A stretch of DNA of 64,000 nucleotides from Octopus sinensis (Eukaryota): contig NC_043012.1 in assembly GCF_006345805.1 (NCBI RefSeq), positions 50,282,001 through 50,346,000 on the forward strand, in the 5' to 3' direction. Of the stretch, positions 38,521 through 53,529 are shown piece by piece; position 1 is the first letter of the stretch, and the number at the start of each line of letters is the position of its first letter. The translations under genes and the position numbers were made by a program. The notes under the pieces are model-generated. The model had not been told where the DNA came from, did not search any database, and worked only from the letters and a program-made list of their open reading frames with translations.

Positions 38521-39961
38521 CTATTGAAATTGTGACCAACACTTTGTAGTATATTATAGTTGAACAACGTGTTAACGTCTAAATCTCCCTGAAATTGTAG
38601 TCGCCATATAAAATATGTGATGGTCATGGTTAGAATGTCTGTGCTATTAGGCTCAGTAGATTAAGGCTAACTTGTGACTTAAAGTGAACGAAAATATCCG
38701 TGCACAAAGTTTAGAAGGTAATGATTTTTTAAAAAATATAACGTAAAGTTTTATATATCCGGGATTTTTGCGCAGTTGGAAAGAAATTTAGTAACTACAT
38801 TAGTGAGAAAACCATATGAAAATTACGACTAGTATATCATTAAGTGTCAGTTTCATTGTATTTGGAAACTCATATTTCGCAATATAAGACTGAGCTTCGG
38901 CAAGGGACACAAATTATTGTCTTTTACACAGCAAATTAGCCATACTTCACTATATTTGTTATAGCGTATCGATTGTACTGAGAACTATTGTTTTAAGTAC
39001 GTTTATTTTGAATGTGGAATATAGTTGTGAAGAGATACGGAGATGCTTCATTCAATATTTCTTGTCTGGTTTTATAGAATAGTCTCAGGCCCATGTAAAT
39101 GGGTAGTGATCCGATTTTCATTTAAAGAGTATGAAGGACCAACGATAAAGCAACATCAGTAGAGTGTAGACTAATGTATATTATCGTTGAATTTATGTTT
39201 CTCTTGTCCCTAATTATACATCTGGCCAATATCATCTTTGCAGTCCATACGTTCCGATTCGATATTACGCATTTCCAATAATAGGGATTGAATTCTAATT
39301 TTTTTGTGCTTTTGGCGATATCTTCCGACTCTTTCCATTGTCGTTACTTGAGTGATAGACTTCATAAATAGCCTCTTTCAACGTCAGATCATTCTCCTTG
39401 AGTGATTTTAACTGCATTTAAACAATCTTGAATTATCAGGCTCAGGTCCCCGGCTTCAGCGTAAATTTTACCCACCACCACCACGTGTTTTAGGAGACGT
39501 GGACAAATTTTGCGACCGTCGCAATTTACTTGGTTTTACGTTGTCGTTAATGGATTGAATGGAGATTTGACTGCTATTTCTAGCAACCTTAATTGTCAAA
39601 TAAAAGTGTCCACATTGTCACGTTATTGTAGTATTCAGTAGATATTAAATGCATTATTATAAGGAATACATGAAATTTAACTACATTTCATAAATACAAG
39701 TAGTATGTCTATAAAAAAAAAGCCTTTCAATTATTGTTGGGTGAGTGTTAACATATGTAATGTCATGTAAATTAAAAAGCTAATTAAAATAATTGTTCAA
39801 TAAGAAATGCAATACTTGTCAACGACTGATATTGAATTATTTTGACTAGTACAGAGATCAAGCATTTCCAACCTTCATTTTACACTTCGTCAGTAAATGA
39901 TAGAGTACACCGTGCATGCCGAAGTATGATAAAAAAAATAAAAGGTAAATGAATGTATATA

Positions 39962-40105
39962 GGCGAAGGCGTGGATGTGTGGTAATAAACTTGCGTTCCG
40001 ACCATATGATTCCGGCTTCAGTCCCAATGCATGGCACCCTGGGCAAGTGTTCTCTACTGTAGCCTCGGACATACCAATGCTTTGCGGATGGATCTTGTTG
40101 ACGGT
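39962..40105 (+). mobile_element. SINE family C, 5' part
   Basis: ggcgaaggcgtggatgtgtggtaa...ggcttcagtccca...gggcaagtgttctctactgtagcctcgg. Confidence 0.8.
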
Positions 40106-40120
40106 AAACGAAAGAAGACA

Positions 40121-40162
<42 letters not shown>

Positions 40163-40166
<4 letters not shown>

Positions 40167-40336
40167 TCATGCATATATGCCATTTGAATATGGCTAACCC
40201 ATAAGGGTGGATGCTACTGTAGTTTGTAGCCCCAGGAAGATACAGTAGCATCCACCCTTATGGGTTAGCCATGTTCAAATGGCATATATGCATCACGATG
40301 TGTTACCGCTACTATTTATAACTCGCTCTGAGATTT

Positions 40337-40338
<2 letters not shown>
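40163..40338 (+). mobile_element. Small asymmetric foldback element in (TA)n
   Basis: 59-bp inverted arms at 40163-40221 and 40241-40299 (two mismatches); the right arm continues 39 bp to (TA)n. The sequence is homologous to 60135-60205. Confidence 0.85.
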
Positions 40339-40403
<65 letters not shown>

Positions 40404-40410
<7 letters not shown>

Positions 40411-40590
40411 TAATCCAAACATGATAGCACAAAAAAAACACAACAACGCGAGGACGTGGAACAAATATAGTATTATTGGACGCTCAGGAAGGAGGGGAAG
40501 AAGGAAGGTTTAACGTTTCGAGCAGAGCTCTTCGTCTGAAATATAGGAGAAGGAAAGATCCAGAGAAGGGAAGACAGAGGAAAAAAATCG
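40404..40590 (-). mobile_element. Short (TA)n-fused element with HHR-like motif (family 3)
   Basis: Minus strand UAUUU-CAGACGA-A-GAGC(UCU)GCUC-GAAA-CGUU[pyrimidine loop]AGCG-UC/CAAUA at 40474-40543; 3' end catgtttggattaact joins (TA)n; homologous to 56470-56660. Confidence 0.65.
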
Positions 40591-40630
40591 CCAACGGTGT
40601 ATATATATATGTATATATATTATATATATA

Positions 40631-40689
<59 letters not shown>

Positions 40690-40851
40690 GAAATGAAGAA
40701 AATGCTGACAAAATAATTTAAGTAATTTAAGTAATTTAAGTAATTTAATTAGTTGAAGTACTTTTTACCGGTTGCGCATTTGTTATGCTTATCAAATTTT
40801 TTCAAGAGATATAGAGTTCCTTTCTGATAGATTTTTTCCTCTTATATATAT

Positions 40852-40896
<45 letters not shown>

Positions 40897-41809
40897 GTAT
40901 ATATATATATATATATAATATATACATAAATATATATATACATATATATATACATACATACATACATACAAATAGAGTCTGTGTTTCCCCCCTCACCACT
41001 TGACAACTGGTGTTGGTGTTATTACGTCCCCGTAACTAGCGGTTAGGAAGAAAGTACTTCTCACTCAAATGACTCAAACAAGTATAAGATAAGAATATGT
41101 AGCTATAAATATTTCACATTTTAAATAATATACTTCCGAGAGAAATTATGTGCAAATTCTACACTTTTAAAATCAAGTGTAGATCAAATTCCATATTGAA
41201 TGCAAAAAATTTCCAACACTTTATAATAAATAATTTTTGGTACTAGAAAAATTAATTAATTGACAATTTTGTTTTAACTATACATTCCAGTACGGTGAGA
41301 CACCAGCAAGAGATAGACAGGTATTGGCAAAGAATTGAGATATCAATTTAGGAGGAGGGGCAGGTTGATTATATCGAACCGGGTGCTCAAATGGTATTTA
41401 TTTTATCGATTCCGAAGAATGAAAGATAAAGAAGGCCACGGTTGAATTTGGCGTAAAGACATACGAAATGCCGTTAAGCATTTGGCTCATAGTGCTAATG
41501 ATTCTGTCAGCTAACCGCTTTGCATTAAACGTATTGCTCTATTGCTTTACTTGAGTATATTGGAATATTACACAGTAAAGATGTGACCAACTACATATGT
41601 CAACAGTACCATACATTGTATGTAAGTGTCCTTAGCCATACACATCTAACGTCTCTTCATGGCTTATTATGTTGGCAAAATATCTGGGGCAAAAAAGTAT
41701 GTAAAAATCCATCCCAGACGTAGGAAAAATCGTCCAATTCCTTTAATTTAAATTTTGAAGCACAAACTTACCATCACACCTCTCTGGAACCTACAACGAA
41801 TATCGATTC

Positions 41810-42005
41810 CACATTTTGGAACAAGGCCAGCAATTTCAGAGGAGAAAGTAAATTCATTACAACAACTCCAATGTTCAACTCGTACTTATTTTATCGACCC
41901 CGAAAGGATAAAAGCTGACCTTGATGAAATTTGAACTCAGAACGTGAGTTGGCCGAAATGCACTTTATCCGTTGTGCTAATTATTCTGCCAGCACTCCGC
42001 CTCAC
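41810..42005 (-). mobile_element. SINE family A (degenerate)
   Basis: ttatcgaccccgaaaggataaaag...tttgaactcagaacgt...tgctaattattctgccagc. Confidence 0.8.
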
Positions 42006-43284
42006 TTACTGCTAATATTGACACACATGCTTTCCATATATTCTTTATTAGTTTTAAATACAAAGGGAGATTTATTAAGTTTAAATCATTAGTTTATGTT
42101 TTTTAATGTTTTTATAACAAAAAAAATGTAAAATGAAAGAAAAGCGTTATTAAATAACAGTAGTATATTATCGTATATTTGATGACTCAGAAAGCTTCAA
42201 CATTTGTAGCACTAAATTTATACGATGGACGTTAGGATGAATCTAGTAACATTTTAATTCTCTTGGCCTAATAATATACAATAAAATGTGAGGTGCAGCA
42301 TCTTAAAGTGGTGTTTCTAATATATGTTTTTAAAGTATCAAATCGTAGCATTGTAGCTACTAATACGATGCCATTAATTCATGCTTTTGAGTCAACTAAT
42401 ACTATAGTAAATTTGCCAATGACTAGATGCAATATTCAATGTAATTAAACTAGTAGACCCGGCAGAAAAGTCATCAAAGTTTTACTTTTCCAGTCAACTT
42501 AATGTTTTAATGAAAGAGAAGGTAAAAATCTACGACTAGCCGCTAACTTATCCAGGGATCGATTACAGATATTTATTCTCACGGAACACATAAAATTGGA
42601 GTTAAACATAGTTTTCATGTCCTCTTGTTCAATGGCTTGGAAATGTCCAATATCAATGGATGATCGTTTAACTACTCGAATTTCGGGTAACGACAAGCAA
42701 TTCGGATGAAGAAAATTAAGCAGCAATTGATAAGTGTGATCGAATTATAACGGAGTGTCTGCAGAAGGCAGATTGTTACTGGGGGCTTTATTACTTAATC
42801 ACTCGAAAAAGGATGGTAATAAGAAAATTGTAACAGACAGCAGAATTCCTTAAAGTTCGCCATGTTGATTTAAACGACACTAATGTAAAGTAAAGGTATT
42901 TATCATCTGGAAATAATGAATTGATGAATACAAAAGTATACATTATTATATACAAATATATTATACTCATATACATATATTGGTACATATATAAATACAT
43001 ATCCAGCTATCTATCTGTTTGACTATTCATATAAATATATACAGTCATAGATTTATCGAATTTTATCATTTCAGTCACTGAAATTGTTTCAACGCTTATT
43101 TGCTAATGTATATATATATATTTCAGCTTTTCGGGATTTGTTCAGGTTCTTTATGTCGTCAGTTCAAATTCACCGAGGATGGCTTTGCCTTTCACATTTT
43201 GAATATCAGTAATATAGGGTTTGCTATATTCAAACTACTCAACTGATCTTAAAACTGATGGCTTTGTGCCAAAATTAGAAAGAA

Positions 43285-43478
43285 TTAAGACGTCGGACAA
43301 AACGCTTAGCGGTTTTTCGTTCGTCTTAACGTTTTGAGTTCAAATTCCACCGTGGACGACTTTACCAATCAACTTTTAGGGGTCGATAAATTAAGTACCA
43401 GTGGAACAACGGGGTCGATGTAGTCGAGTTGTCCCCTCCCCCCAAATGTCAGGTTTTGTGCCTTTAGTAGAAACGATC

Positions 43479-43510
<32 letters not shown>

Positions 43511-43521
43511 TATTATTATTA

Positions 43522-43562
<41 letters not shown>

Positions 43563-43565
43563 GTA

Positions 43566-43636
<71 letters not shown>

Positions 43637-43845
43637 CATCATTATTATTATTATTCGGTGAACTGGCAGAATCGTTAGCATGCCGAGGTAAATGCTTAGC
43701 GATATTTTGTCTGTCGCTACGTTTTGAGTTCAAAATCCACCTAGATCGACTTTGCCTTTCAGTTTCGATTAAATGAATACCAGTTAAGTAAGCGATTTGA
43801 TCTCTTCTCCCAAATTTCAGACCTTTTGCCTACAGTAGAAACGAT
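43285..43845 (+). mobile_element. Two SINE family A copies separated by an (ATC)n/(ATT)n microsatellite
   Basis: Copies at ~43285-43475 and ~43655-43845, each with gagttcaaa..cc...gacttt; repeat tract at 43476-43655. Confidence 0.8.
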
Positions 43846-43924
43846 TATCATTATGATCATTATTACTATTATTAGCGTGTGTGGGCACCGTTTGTGAGGC
43901 TTGTCTTTCCGCAGCTCGTCTCCT

Positions 43925-44760
43925 TGACGTAGCAGCAATCCTGGATGAAAAAAAGACCGAAACTGAGCGCCTGGCACTTTAAATGTCGTCAGGCACTAAC
44001 AGACCTCTACCAGTCAGGCAATGGGATTGATGGATGTTCCTCTTTAGAAATGTACAGACGATTAGTGGCGGGAAACTGCGAAGGTGTTCCTGGGAAGACT
44101 CTGGGTTCCAACGAGAACGAAATGGCTAGTCTGTTCCCGAGGACTATCCGGCCGGGTAATTTCATGGGTAATTTCTAGATGTTCTTGACCTGGCAGGGGT
44201 ACCGGGTGTGGGGCGCTACCTGTTCGAGATAAACTTTAAAGGTACAGATGTACTATCAGACGGTCTTGTCCGAGGTGCGTGCAGAGTGACGCAACTGTTC
44301 TGCACACACTCGGTCAGTGTCCGGGCATTACTTTCTTGTGGGTGTGCGTGGAACAGCTGCTGACACGTGTGGGGTGGATCCGTCTGTCGGCTGAGAGTCT
44401 AGTGATTATCGCAACGCCACTCTCCATCAATCGGGCAGGTAAGGCAGTTTTCCATTGCCCGATGGCTTTGGCGAATATGGTTGTTTGGTGGACAAAGCTG
44501 GAATGCATGAGAATAGATACATACCTATCTGGTAGAACTTCCATTGACTTTGTCAAGTTTCACTTGTAAAGGAGATTGAGAGTGCGGTGGGATGTGCTGC
44601 TCTCGAGTGAGTTTATTGAAAGATTGGTGAAACTTGCGAAAATGGCTAGAGTGAAGCAATTGAAGAGGGCACTTGCTCCTAGGTTTTCCGTGAAATCTCG
44701 TACAATACGCTTCCTCGATTATCCCTAGAGGTCTTCCTGTATCAGCAGGGCCTCTTCTCT
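43925..44760 (+). mobile_element. L1/Tx1-type LINE ORF2 3' fragment
   Basis: Decayed C-terminal zinc-knuckle region: ...cttgtccgaggtgcgtgcagagtgacgcaactgttctgcacacactcggtcagtgtccg reads CPRCVQSDATVLHTLGQCP, preceded by a LTWQ motif. Confidence 0.7.
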
Positions 44761-45164
44761 ATTATCTTCCCCGCCACTTTCTTCTAAAACCTTTGTATGC
44801 TATGCAAATGTCCTTTCTTTTTCAGTTTTCAGTGTATATCGTGTATACATTCTTTATTTCTATCACTCTTTTTTTCTTTCTTTCTTTCTTTCTTTCTCTA
44901 TTTTTTTATCCTTTCATTATATGTAAAACCCCACACTTTGTGACTGTCTTTGTATTATCCTCCTCATCCCTCGCATTTGTGACAAATAAATTAAATCATC
45001 ATCATCATCATCATTATTGTTGTTGTTGTTGTTGTTGTTATTATTATTATCATTATTATTATTATATTAGGCAGCAAGCTGGCAGAATCTTTAGCATTCC
45101 TGGCAAAATGCGTAGCGGCATTTCGCTCGGCGCTACGTTCCGAGTTCAAATTCCGCTGATGCTG

Positions 45165-45990
45165 TCCTGGTAATTCCTTGTAGGTAGGCACTGATATTGG
45201 GCTGATAAGATGAATACTTCTATCTCTGATTTTAAGCCAGAACACAATAACCATTGATAGACAAGTACTTTGTCAACATCGGAATTATTAGCTCTCGTTT
45301 TGAATTTGCCATTTATCAGTAAGAATATCTAAGGTAGCAGTTTTTATCCGGGTTTTCATACGCTTATCTTTTTCTGTGCTTGTTTCCAGTACGTCTAATT
45401 CTAGGATTTGTTTTATTTGAAATTCACTTAGATATCTCTTTGCCTGTTTTGATACTGAGTGTGATGTTTTCTTGTCATCCAGTCATCACAATTTTTGAGG
45501 TAAGTGTTTAGGCCAATTGTGACAATCTTCATTGTTAATTCCAGTTGTAAAATTTCACGGCCACCTTCTTCTCTTGGCAGGTAGTATCGTTCTTTCTGCC
45601 TTAGGGTAGTGCTACACGTCCTACGAAGAGGCAATTCACTAGAGTTACCTACTTGGAAGTTGGCGCTATTGGTTCTTAGAGCTCCATTCAATCTCCTTTT
45701 TTCCTAAGCCACATTCAAGTGTGAGTCTTGTATTCTCCTTCGATTTCTCTGAAGTATTACCTGTCCATCGTTTTCGCCTTTCAGTTGATCAATCATGGCT
45801 GTCAATCTTGCTTCTAACATTCTATTGCGTGTGTCATATTTTCGCTACGTCTTGTTGCTATTTCGAGCAACGACCAAAGGTACAATCTGCTGTTTGACGT
45901 ACCATCTCAGACTGTTTTCCTCATTGACAACACAGTTCTTACATCCTATCTCTTCATTTTAATCTTCCAACCCTTCTACTCGAACGTACA
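45165..45990 (-). mobile_element. R4/Dong-type internal fragments
   Basis: RYYLPREEGGREILQLE (ORF 45428-45691), WLLCSGLKSEIEVFILSAQYQCLPTRNYQ (~45170-45270) and IGCKNCVVNEENSLRWYVKQ (~45900). A SINE A head lies at 45067-45165. Confidence 0.8.
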
Positions 45991-46102
45991 TGTGTTTATT
46001 TCTTTACAGATATACTATAAGCAAAGACACCCTCCCTCTCTCTCTCTCACTCACTGACGCTTTCTTACTTATCATTGGTGTGTAAAATGTATATGTATAT
46101 AT

Positions 46103-46155
<53 letters not shown>

Positions 46156-46963
46156 TATAAGAATCCACAGACAATAAATACATCCGGCTAGAGGAATTGC
46201 GCAAGATCTCACTGAACAAGTATCTAGAAATATGCGGTGAAGGAATGTCTTTGCCTTTTATACATGTTCAAGGTATGACACAAAATTCCGTAAAGCAAAG
46301 TAGCTAGATTTCCTGAAAGAATTCTCGCCAACATTAAATGCTTGAAACCGAAACGAAGAAAGGGTATTCTTATATTTATTTATATTACACACTTACTCTT
46401 GTTTCTGAATGTGGCCACAATGTAAATTACGTAATACTGATTTCTGTAAATGATCATATATATGCATATAACATTGGGATTTTTATAATTGTTGTTCTTA
46501 TATAACTTACATATACCCAACAAAAACGATGTATACCACTGTTTTACCACTGTTTAGGAATGATATATAATGAAGCTACTTGGCAAAGTAATTCGTGAAA
46601 AATATCCCTTTTAATTTCTCTTATCCAAGCAATCAAGAAAAAGAAAAATAAATCCTACAAAAGGATAAAATATACTAAGAAATATATATTTAAGCAGACT
46701 CTGCTTTATAATATATAATTTATATCTTACGGAGTGGCTTGTAGTTAAATATACAATGAACGTACAAAACTCATTTATGAGGTTTGATTAAATGCACATA
46801 GAGAATAGATTATTTTTTCCTATTCTGACTTTATTTTCTTAATTCATTTATATTGTAAGAATATTTAAGATTTCTTCATGCAAAACATAGAATTACAGAG
46901 AATATGGGACTTACAGTATAAAGGAATATATATTTTCATAGGACTTTGAACTTTGAACTCTTT

Positions 46964-47055
46964 TTAATTGTTCAGTGATGACCGCACCCTCGCCACTTTT
47001 CTTCTTTCTTCCATCTTACTTCCTAAACTTGACATCTTTGAAAGGTCAGCAGCTC
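46964..47055 (-). CDS. Candidate terminal coding exon of an unidentified host gene
   Basis: Acceptor-like cattttctcacag followed by an open frame (G)AADLSKMSSLGSKMEERRKVARVRSSLNN*, then an AT-rich, repeat-poor stretch. No homology recognised and no upstream exon found. Confidence 0.25.
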
Positions 47056-47574
47056 CTGTGAGAAAATGGGTCTATTTACAAATATGTTCATAGGCATACA
47101 ATGGAAAGAATAAAGAGAAATCGGAAGAAGGGGAAAGAAAAATGTTTTGTCATGAAATTTCAGTGAACTTACTATTATTATGAAATTTCAGTGAAGTGAA
47201 CATTTCAAATTTAAAATAAACCTCTGTCTGTCTCTCTCTGTCTCTCTCTCTCTCGATCTATTTCCCCGCCGTTTGCTTTTCTTTCTCTCTCCCTCCCCCT
47301 TTTACCACAAAAACAAAAACAATATTTTCTTTTCTAAACAAAATAAAACACATCTAAATCATATAAATAAACAACGAAACGTTCTGTTTTTACTATTTAG
47401 ATTTTGATTTTGTCTTGAAGAGTTCGAAAAACGAACGAAAGCGCTTTGAAATATTATCTAAAATTCTGATTGCCTCCTTTTTCTAACCATGCAATATCTG
47501 TACACCACTTCAAACTCTTTGTACATGCATACATACATATATGCATACATACATACATATAAGTATACATATAA

Positions 47575-47619
<45 letters not shown>

Positions 47620-48985
47620 GTTTTCGTATTTTTCAGTTAGTCGCAACGATGTTATTTCCCCGGTCACAACTCCTAAATTTCTAATTCAATCTCAGAAGTT
47701 TTCGGTTATCTAACTTATCATCACATCATTATTATTAAAATAAAAGAAATCATTATTATCATCTTTATTGTTGTTACTGTTGCTCTTGATGATGTTGTTG
47801 TTGTTACTATAATTGTTATTACCTCTTTTATTATTACTTCATATTCGTTTTCCAGCTACAACGTATATATCGCGAGATACGGATCCCAAATGAATTTCTA
47901 TCTCATTTTATTCCTATTATTTTTACAATGATAATATTGTCCTCAGGAGAACAGCGGACGGCAAAACCATGAGAGCGTCTCGCTATATAATATTTAGTCA
48001 CGTTCCTTTTTAGTCTGACTTCATAAATCTCCTGTGTTGACTTTGCATTACATATTCCTTAGGATGATAGAAGGCAATCTGAATTATTGCGTGTGCGAGA
48101 CCAACGGAAGAATTATTAGTCAAATACTTTAGTCAGAGCAATCGATAACCTTATTCTTCGTCTCACAAATTGTTTGCTTGTGCCACTGTTGGAAATTATC
48201 ATTGTTATGAATGGAAAAAGAAAATATTTATTTTAATGTCTGAAGATTAGTCTACACACCAAATTTATATCGTAGAGGATTTTCCAATTAACAAAAATTG
48301 CCTTAATAATCACAAATAATACATGGAAATGAAAACTGTCAATAATATATACAGCCAATCACGCGCAAACAAACACCTACACACACCTACGAGAATAAAC
48401 AGAATTTATGTAAATGGATCTCCAATTGCTACGATGATGACTATCTCATTCTATCAACTGATTTGGCTGCCCATTGAAACAGCACGTAAGTTTTCGAATG
48501 TTTAACATATACATCTGGCAGAAAGAATAAGACAGAGTGTATGTTAACGTTGGACGTCTGGATTACTGGTTCTTCAACCTGATTATCTTCCCTAGATTTT
48601 CCTGTCTATCCAATACCAGTCAGGGTTTTGGATTTGATTTGGGTTGACAATAATTTTGTCTTTGCGAAGGAAACTAGTTAACTATTTGGCTATGAGCTAT
48701 AGATACAAACACATGCCTATGGGAATACAGATATGTACACAAACACGAACACACACACATACACATACACGCGCACATATACACACGTATTTAGAGTGTG
48801 AGAGAGATTGATAGATGCATACATACAGGCATAAATGCATACATACATGCATACATACATACAAACAAAAATAACTTGTTGCCGCTGTTAAAATTCCAAC
48901 GAAGAAGCAGTAGATCTAGTTTAGAAACCGAACCTCTCTCTATTGGCAAGCTATCTTGAAATAAAATTTAATGACATACATACAA

Positions 48986-49094
<109 letters not shown>

Positions 49095-49128
49095 TGTATA
49101 TATATATATATATATATATAAATATATG

Positions 49129-49201
<73 letters not shown>

Positions 49202-49888
49202 CACAGAGTATTTCTTTCAGTTTCCATTACCAAATGCAAATCTCCTCGAATGGCTTTGGTCAGCTTGAGGCTATAGTAGAAGTTATAAATACACCCAAGC
49301 TTCCTTTTGACGCAATGTGGTTGAATCTGGAAACATGACTATGAAACAAACTTCTTATCCCACACCCACGCCTGCGTGAGAGTGTGATAATTTTTATCTT
49401 TGCTTAATATTTACGAATTCCTGAAAAGTAATAGTCGATCATGTCTACCAACAATTCATTTATTGTAGAAACTCATAAACCAAGGTATACAAATAAAAAG
49501 ATAAAGGTGACATTTTTAACAGATGGGCAAAAATTATAGTCACCAGAAATTCAAGAGATGTCTGCTTTTTGATTCCATTTTTCAGATTTATTTTGTAGTT
49601 ATAAAAAATGAACTATTGGAAGGGAAGATTAAGAAAATCCTTGCAGAAACTAATGCTTCCAAGAAGTTCAACCTTGCCAAGTTCTTTTAATTCTAGCCTA
49701 CAGTTTAGTTGTAACGAGAAATCAAATTTACAATCTGCTTTCAGCCATATGTATTCATTTCCAACTGTTACGTGATAGTGGTAATCCATCGTTCTGTAGT
49801 AAAACAAACAAATCATCTTCCAAATTTCGTGATTGGTGCTTTTGAGTATATATTTGTATGTATGCATGTATTTATATACGTATGCATG

Positions 49889-49924
<36 letters not shown>

Positions 49925-49930
<6 letters not shown>

Positions 49931-50112
49931 CGTGACCGACCAGGCTATCAGATGTTGCTACACATCGCTGGTCACAATGCGCTTCTGCCGGAGCCTCATG
50001 GAGCTTTAGGTGTTTTCGGTCAATAAACACTCACAACGCCCGGTCTGGGAATCGAAACCGCGATCCTACGACCGCGAGTCCGCTGCCCTAACCACTGAGC
50101 CTTTGCGCCTCC
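49925..50112 (-). mobile_element. SINE family B-like head, partial
   Basis: Reverse complement ggaggcgcaaaggctcagtggttagggcagcggactcgcggtcgtaggatcgcggtttcgattcccagaccggg matches 11231. Confidence 0.85.
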
Positions 50113-50133
50113 ACACACACACACATATATATA

Positions 50134-50193
<60 letters not shown>

Positions 50194-51418
50194 TGTATAT
50201 AAAGGGAATATGAAGGTGCATGCCATTTGACGTAAGCGGCAGTATGTCGTAATTACCCCTCAGTGTATGATTTAGTACCTCAAGAGCTATCTGCAAATGC
50301 GCGTGTACGCACAAGTGAAACACATTCACACACACGAAATAAAAATACACGTAGCAGATATCAGTCAAAGTATCAAAGTGTTAGTCATAGAATAGGAGTG
50401 TAGGGAATGAGAAATGATATCAGAAGGCACTGCAATATTAGTTGAAATGTATAGAATTATATATTATAACGGAAGCTGTGGAGAGATAATACCGTGTACG
50501 TTTTACCCCATTTTTAGCTTTATCAGTCTACCAAAAAGTACATATTAAATGCATGGAAGGTGGTATATAATTTAGACATAAATTACTTATTTTTATAATA
50601 AAAATCTCATAAAAGTTTTGATTCAAACTTGAAACATGCATTTTACTGATAATGTCTCTGAGATTTACGAAAACAATTTCTTTTGGGAATATATGTAGTG
50701 TTGTGTGTCATGAAAGAAGTGTGATTATTTGATAGCAAAACTGTAAATGAGGAATATATGGGAAATTCTAAGTTTTTAAACTTCAATAGTGAGGTTTCGC
50801 CTCTTGTCAGATTTATAACTCTTGTTCAAGGTGTTGTTTCTCATTTTTAATCTTAGTCTCGATCCAACAGACATATGTAAAACGCACTACCTCTATAAAT
50901 ATTATTTCGTTACAGATGCAGTTTGAACTAGAATATATAACGTAATACTTTTTAGATATGAAAAACAGTAGAATATTTGGCTTTAAAACAACACAGCCAA
51001 AGCTGAATTACTGGTTCGAGTGGACGTCGTTGTTGCCGATTCCAGCAGAAAAACAAGCATAATTAACCGTATCATCATAATTCTATATTACAATAAAAAC
51101 AAAACATTAGATATATTTTCGGAGAAGAACGGCAAGTTCTAGAAGGATTATAACACAAAGAATTATAAAAGAATGAACGTTATCAATGATGCTTTAGGAA
51201 ATACAAATTATGAACAACGCAGTGATTCTCAATATGGTGTTATCATCTTTATCTAAACAAACATAATACGTTAAAAGAAAAACTGTTTTCATAATATAAC
51301 TGTTCACTAACCCGTACAATGGATATGAATGTGCGTGTTTGTGTGTGTGTGTTTCTGTATATCCCTTCGACTGTCTGGAAGGTTGTGCGTGTATGTATGC
51401 GTATATATATATATATGC

Positions 51419-51480
<62 letters not shown>

Positions 51481-51529
51481 AATATATGTATATACACACA
51501 TTGATAGATTTGTATTTATATATACACAG

Positions 51530-51584
<55 letters not shown>

Positions 51585-52203
51585 ATGTATATGAGTATGT
51601 GTACGTGCGATTTTATTGATATATCACGTTTTCTCTTCCCTATTTCCAATGGAAATAATTAAATTCAAAGAGAGATAAAGAGTTACACTTGAACAATATA
51701 TAAATATATAGCTAAATAAACCCTTGCATATAAACCGACACACATATGTATATGAGTCACACATATACATATATGCGTGCTGTATGAATATGTGTCAGTA
51801 AATGTGTGTTTGAAAGCGTTGGTTCGTGCTTGCATGCATGTGCATTTGAAAACAAATAGTATTTATTACAGAGAGGTAGGGCAGAAAGATAGTTGAAAGC
51901 ATCTGCTAAGTTGGAGACAATATTGAACTGGTGACGTGTGAAATGTTGTAATGTACATGAAATAGGATAAAATGTATAAATATGACGTAGGAGAGTGGAA
52001 AATACTTGATATGTACGTGATAATGTACAGTTTCACGTTAGAACATCAGAAATATTGATGAGTGAAATGGTGAAGCTAATGCAGCAGACTTCGATTTAAT
52101 AAGAACGCTGATTATCAATTTCATCAACAAACAAAAAGGTTTTCGATGGACACTCAAAGTAACACACGTTTGGTTATTCTCTCATATATATACATACATA
52201 GAT

Positions 52204-52315
<112 letters not shown>

Positions 52316-52443
52316 ACTGCATTTGTATTGTGGATCTGTGATTATGTGAATCAGATTACCATATGAGTTTGTCTATCGCTGTAAGTGATTTTGTGGTGGG
52401 ACGTGTCAGTTTGTTTGCATATGTATATATGTGTTTACATTAG

Positions 52444-52485
<42 letters not shown>

Positions 52486-52489
52486 TCTC

Positions 52490-52520
<31 letters not shown>

Positions 52521-53529
52521 GTATATGTGTGTGTTTGTGTACTTTAAATTTATGTGGATGTGACTTCTGTGTAGATGTTCGTGTGACTGCGAAATGTGCG
52601 TTCATGTGCATGCGTGTGTAGGTATTAAAGTATTAACGTTTGTATTTCTCTATTGTGGGGGAAATAACAATTTCCAGAATATTTATTGTGTTTAGTGAAT
52701 CGTAAAGGTTAGTTATCAGTAGCGTGGCATTTGTCTGAATTCATCATAGAAGGAATTTTCAAGATATTTTCGGCTAGGATCTGTAACGTTTTCTTTTGTC
52801 TTCTACGTGTTATATGGAACTATTCGGAGATAAAACTAAAAGACAAAAAGGAAGCAGATTATTATATCATTATTTTCTGCTATTATTGCAGAATGGTTCC
52901 GTTAATTTACCAACTAAACTAAATTATCAAATAGAGGAGAATCAAATATTTATGTGCGTACGAGAGGTTGAGCGTGTACTTGTATGTATGAAGGTGTGTG
53001 TAAGCATATGAATGGATGTGAGCATGATGTGTAAATTTAGAAGAGATAAAAGGATATTACAGGAACATCTTCGCTTTTCATTCACATCTTTCTTTCTTAG
53101 TAAAGACGCATACTATAATAGATAAACATATATGTATATAAAACATTATAGGCATGAATTAACGTCAGAAAAAGCCTTTCTATTGTATTGAAAACTGTAT
53201 CGACAGTATCGCGAGAACTGCGTTACTGGTTACACCACGCTCCGCCTATATTCATCATAACTATGTTGAATAGAATCTGTGGTGTTAGGTCCCAGTTAAT
53301 AGACTACCCCAGGAAACGATGCTGAACTATCAGGGATCATGCATGTAACTGATATATCTACAATGAAATTTATCAGCGAGAATATGAATGGGTATAAAAT
53401 AAAGGTTAGCAGTTTTGAAATTTGACTGGGTTTCCAAGCTTTCAAGTGGTAGAATAAAAGAATCAGTGAAATATTTTTAACAAAGATTTGGAGAGGGATG
53501 TGACAGTGGCTCCAAGATTTAACCAGTAC

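Noticed and set aside
39560-39590. atttgactgctatttctag motif shared with the 590-bp unit (also ~1620-1645)
   Set aside because: The match is only ~20 bp; it may be a separate short repeat and is too short to call a family member.
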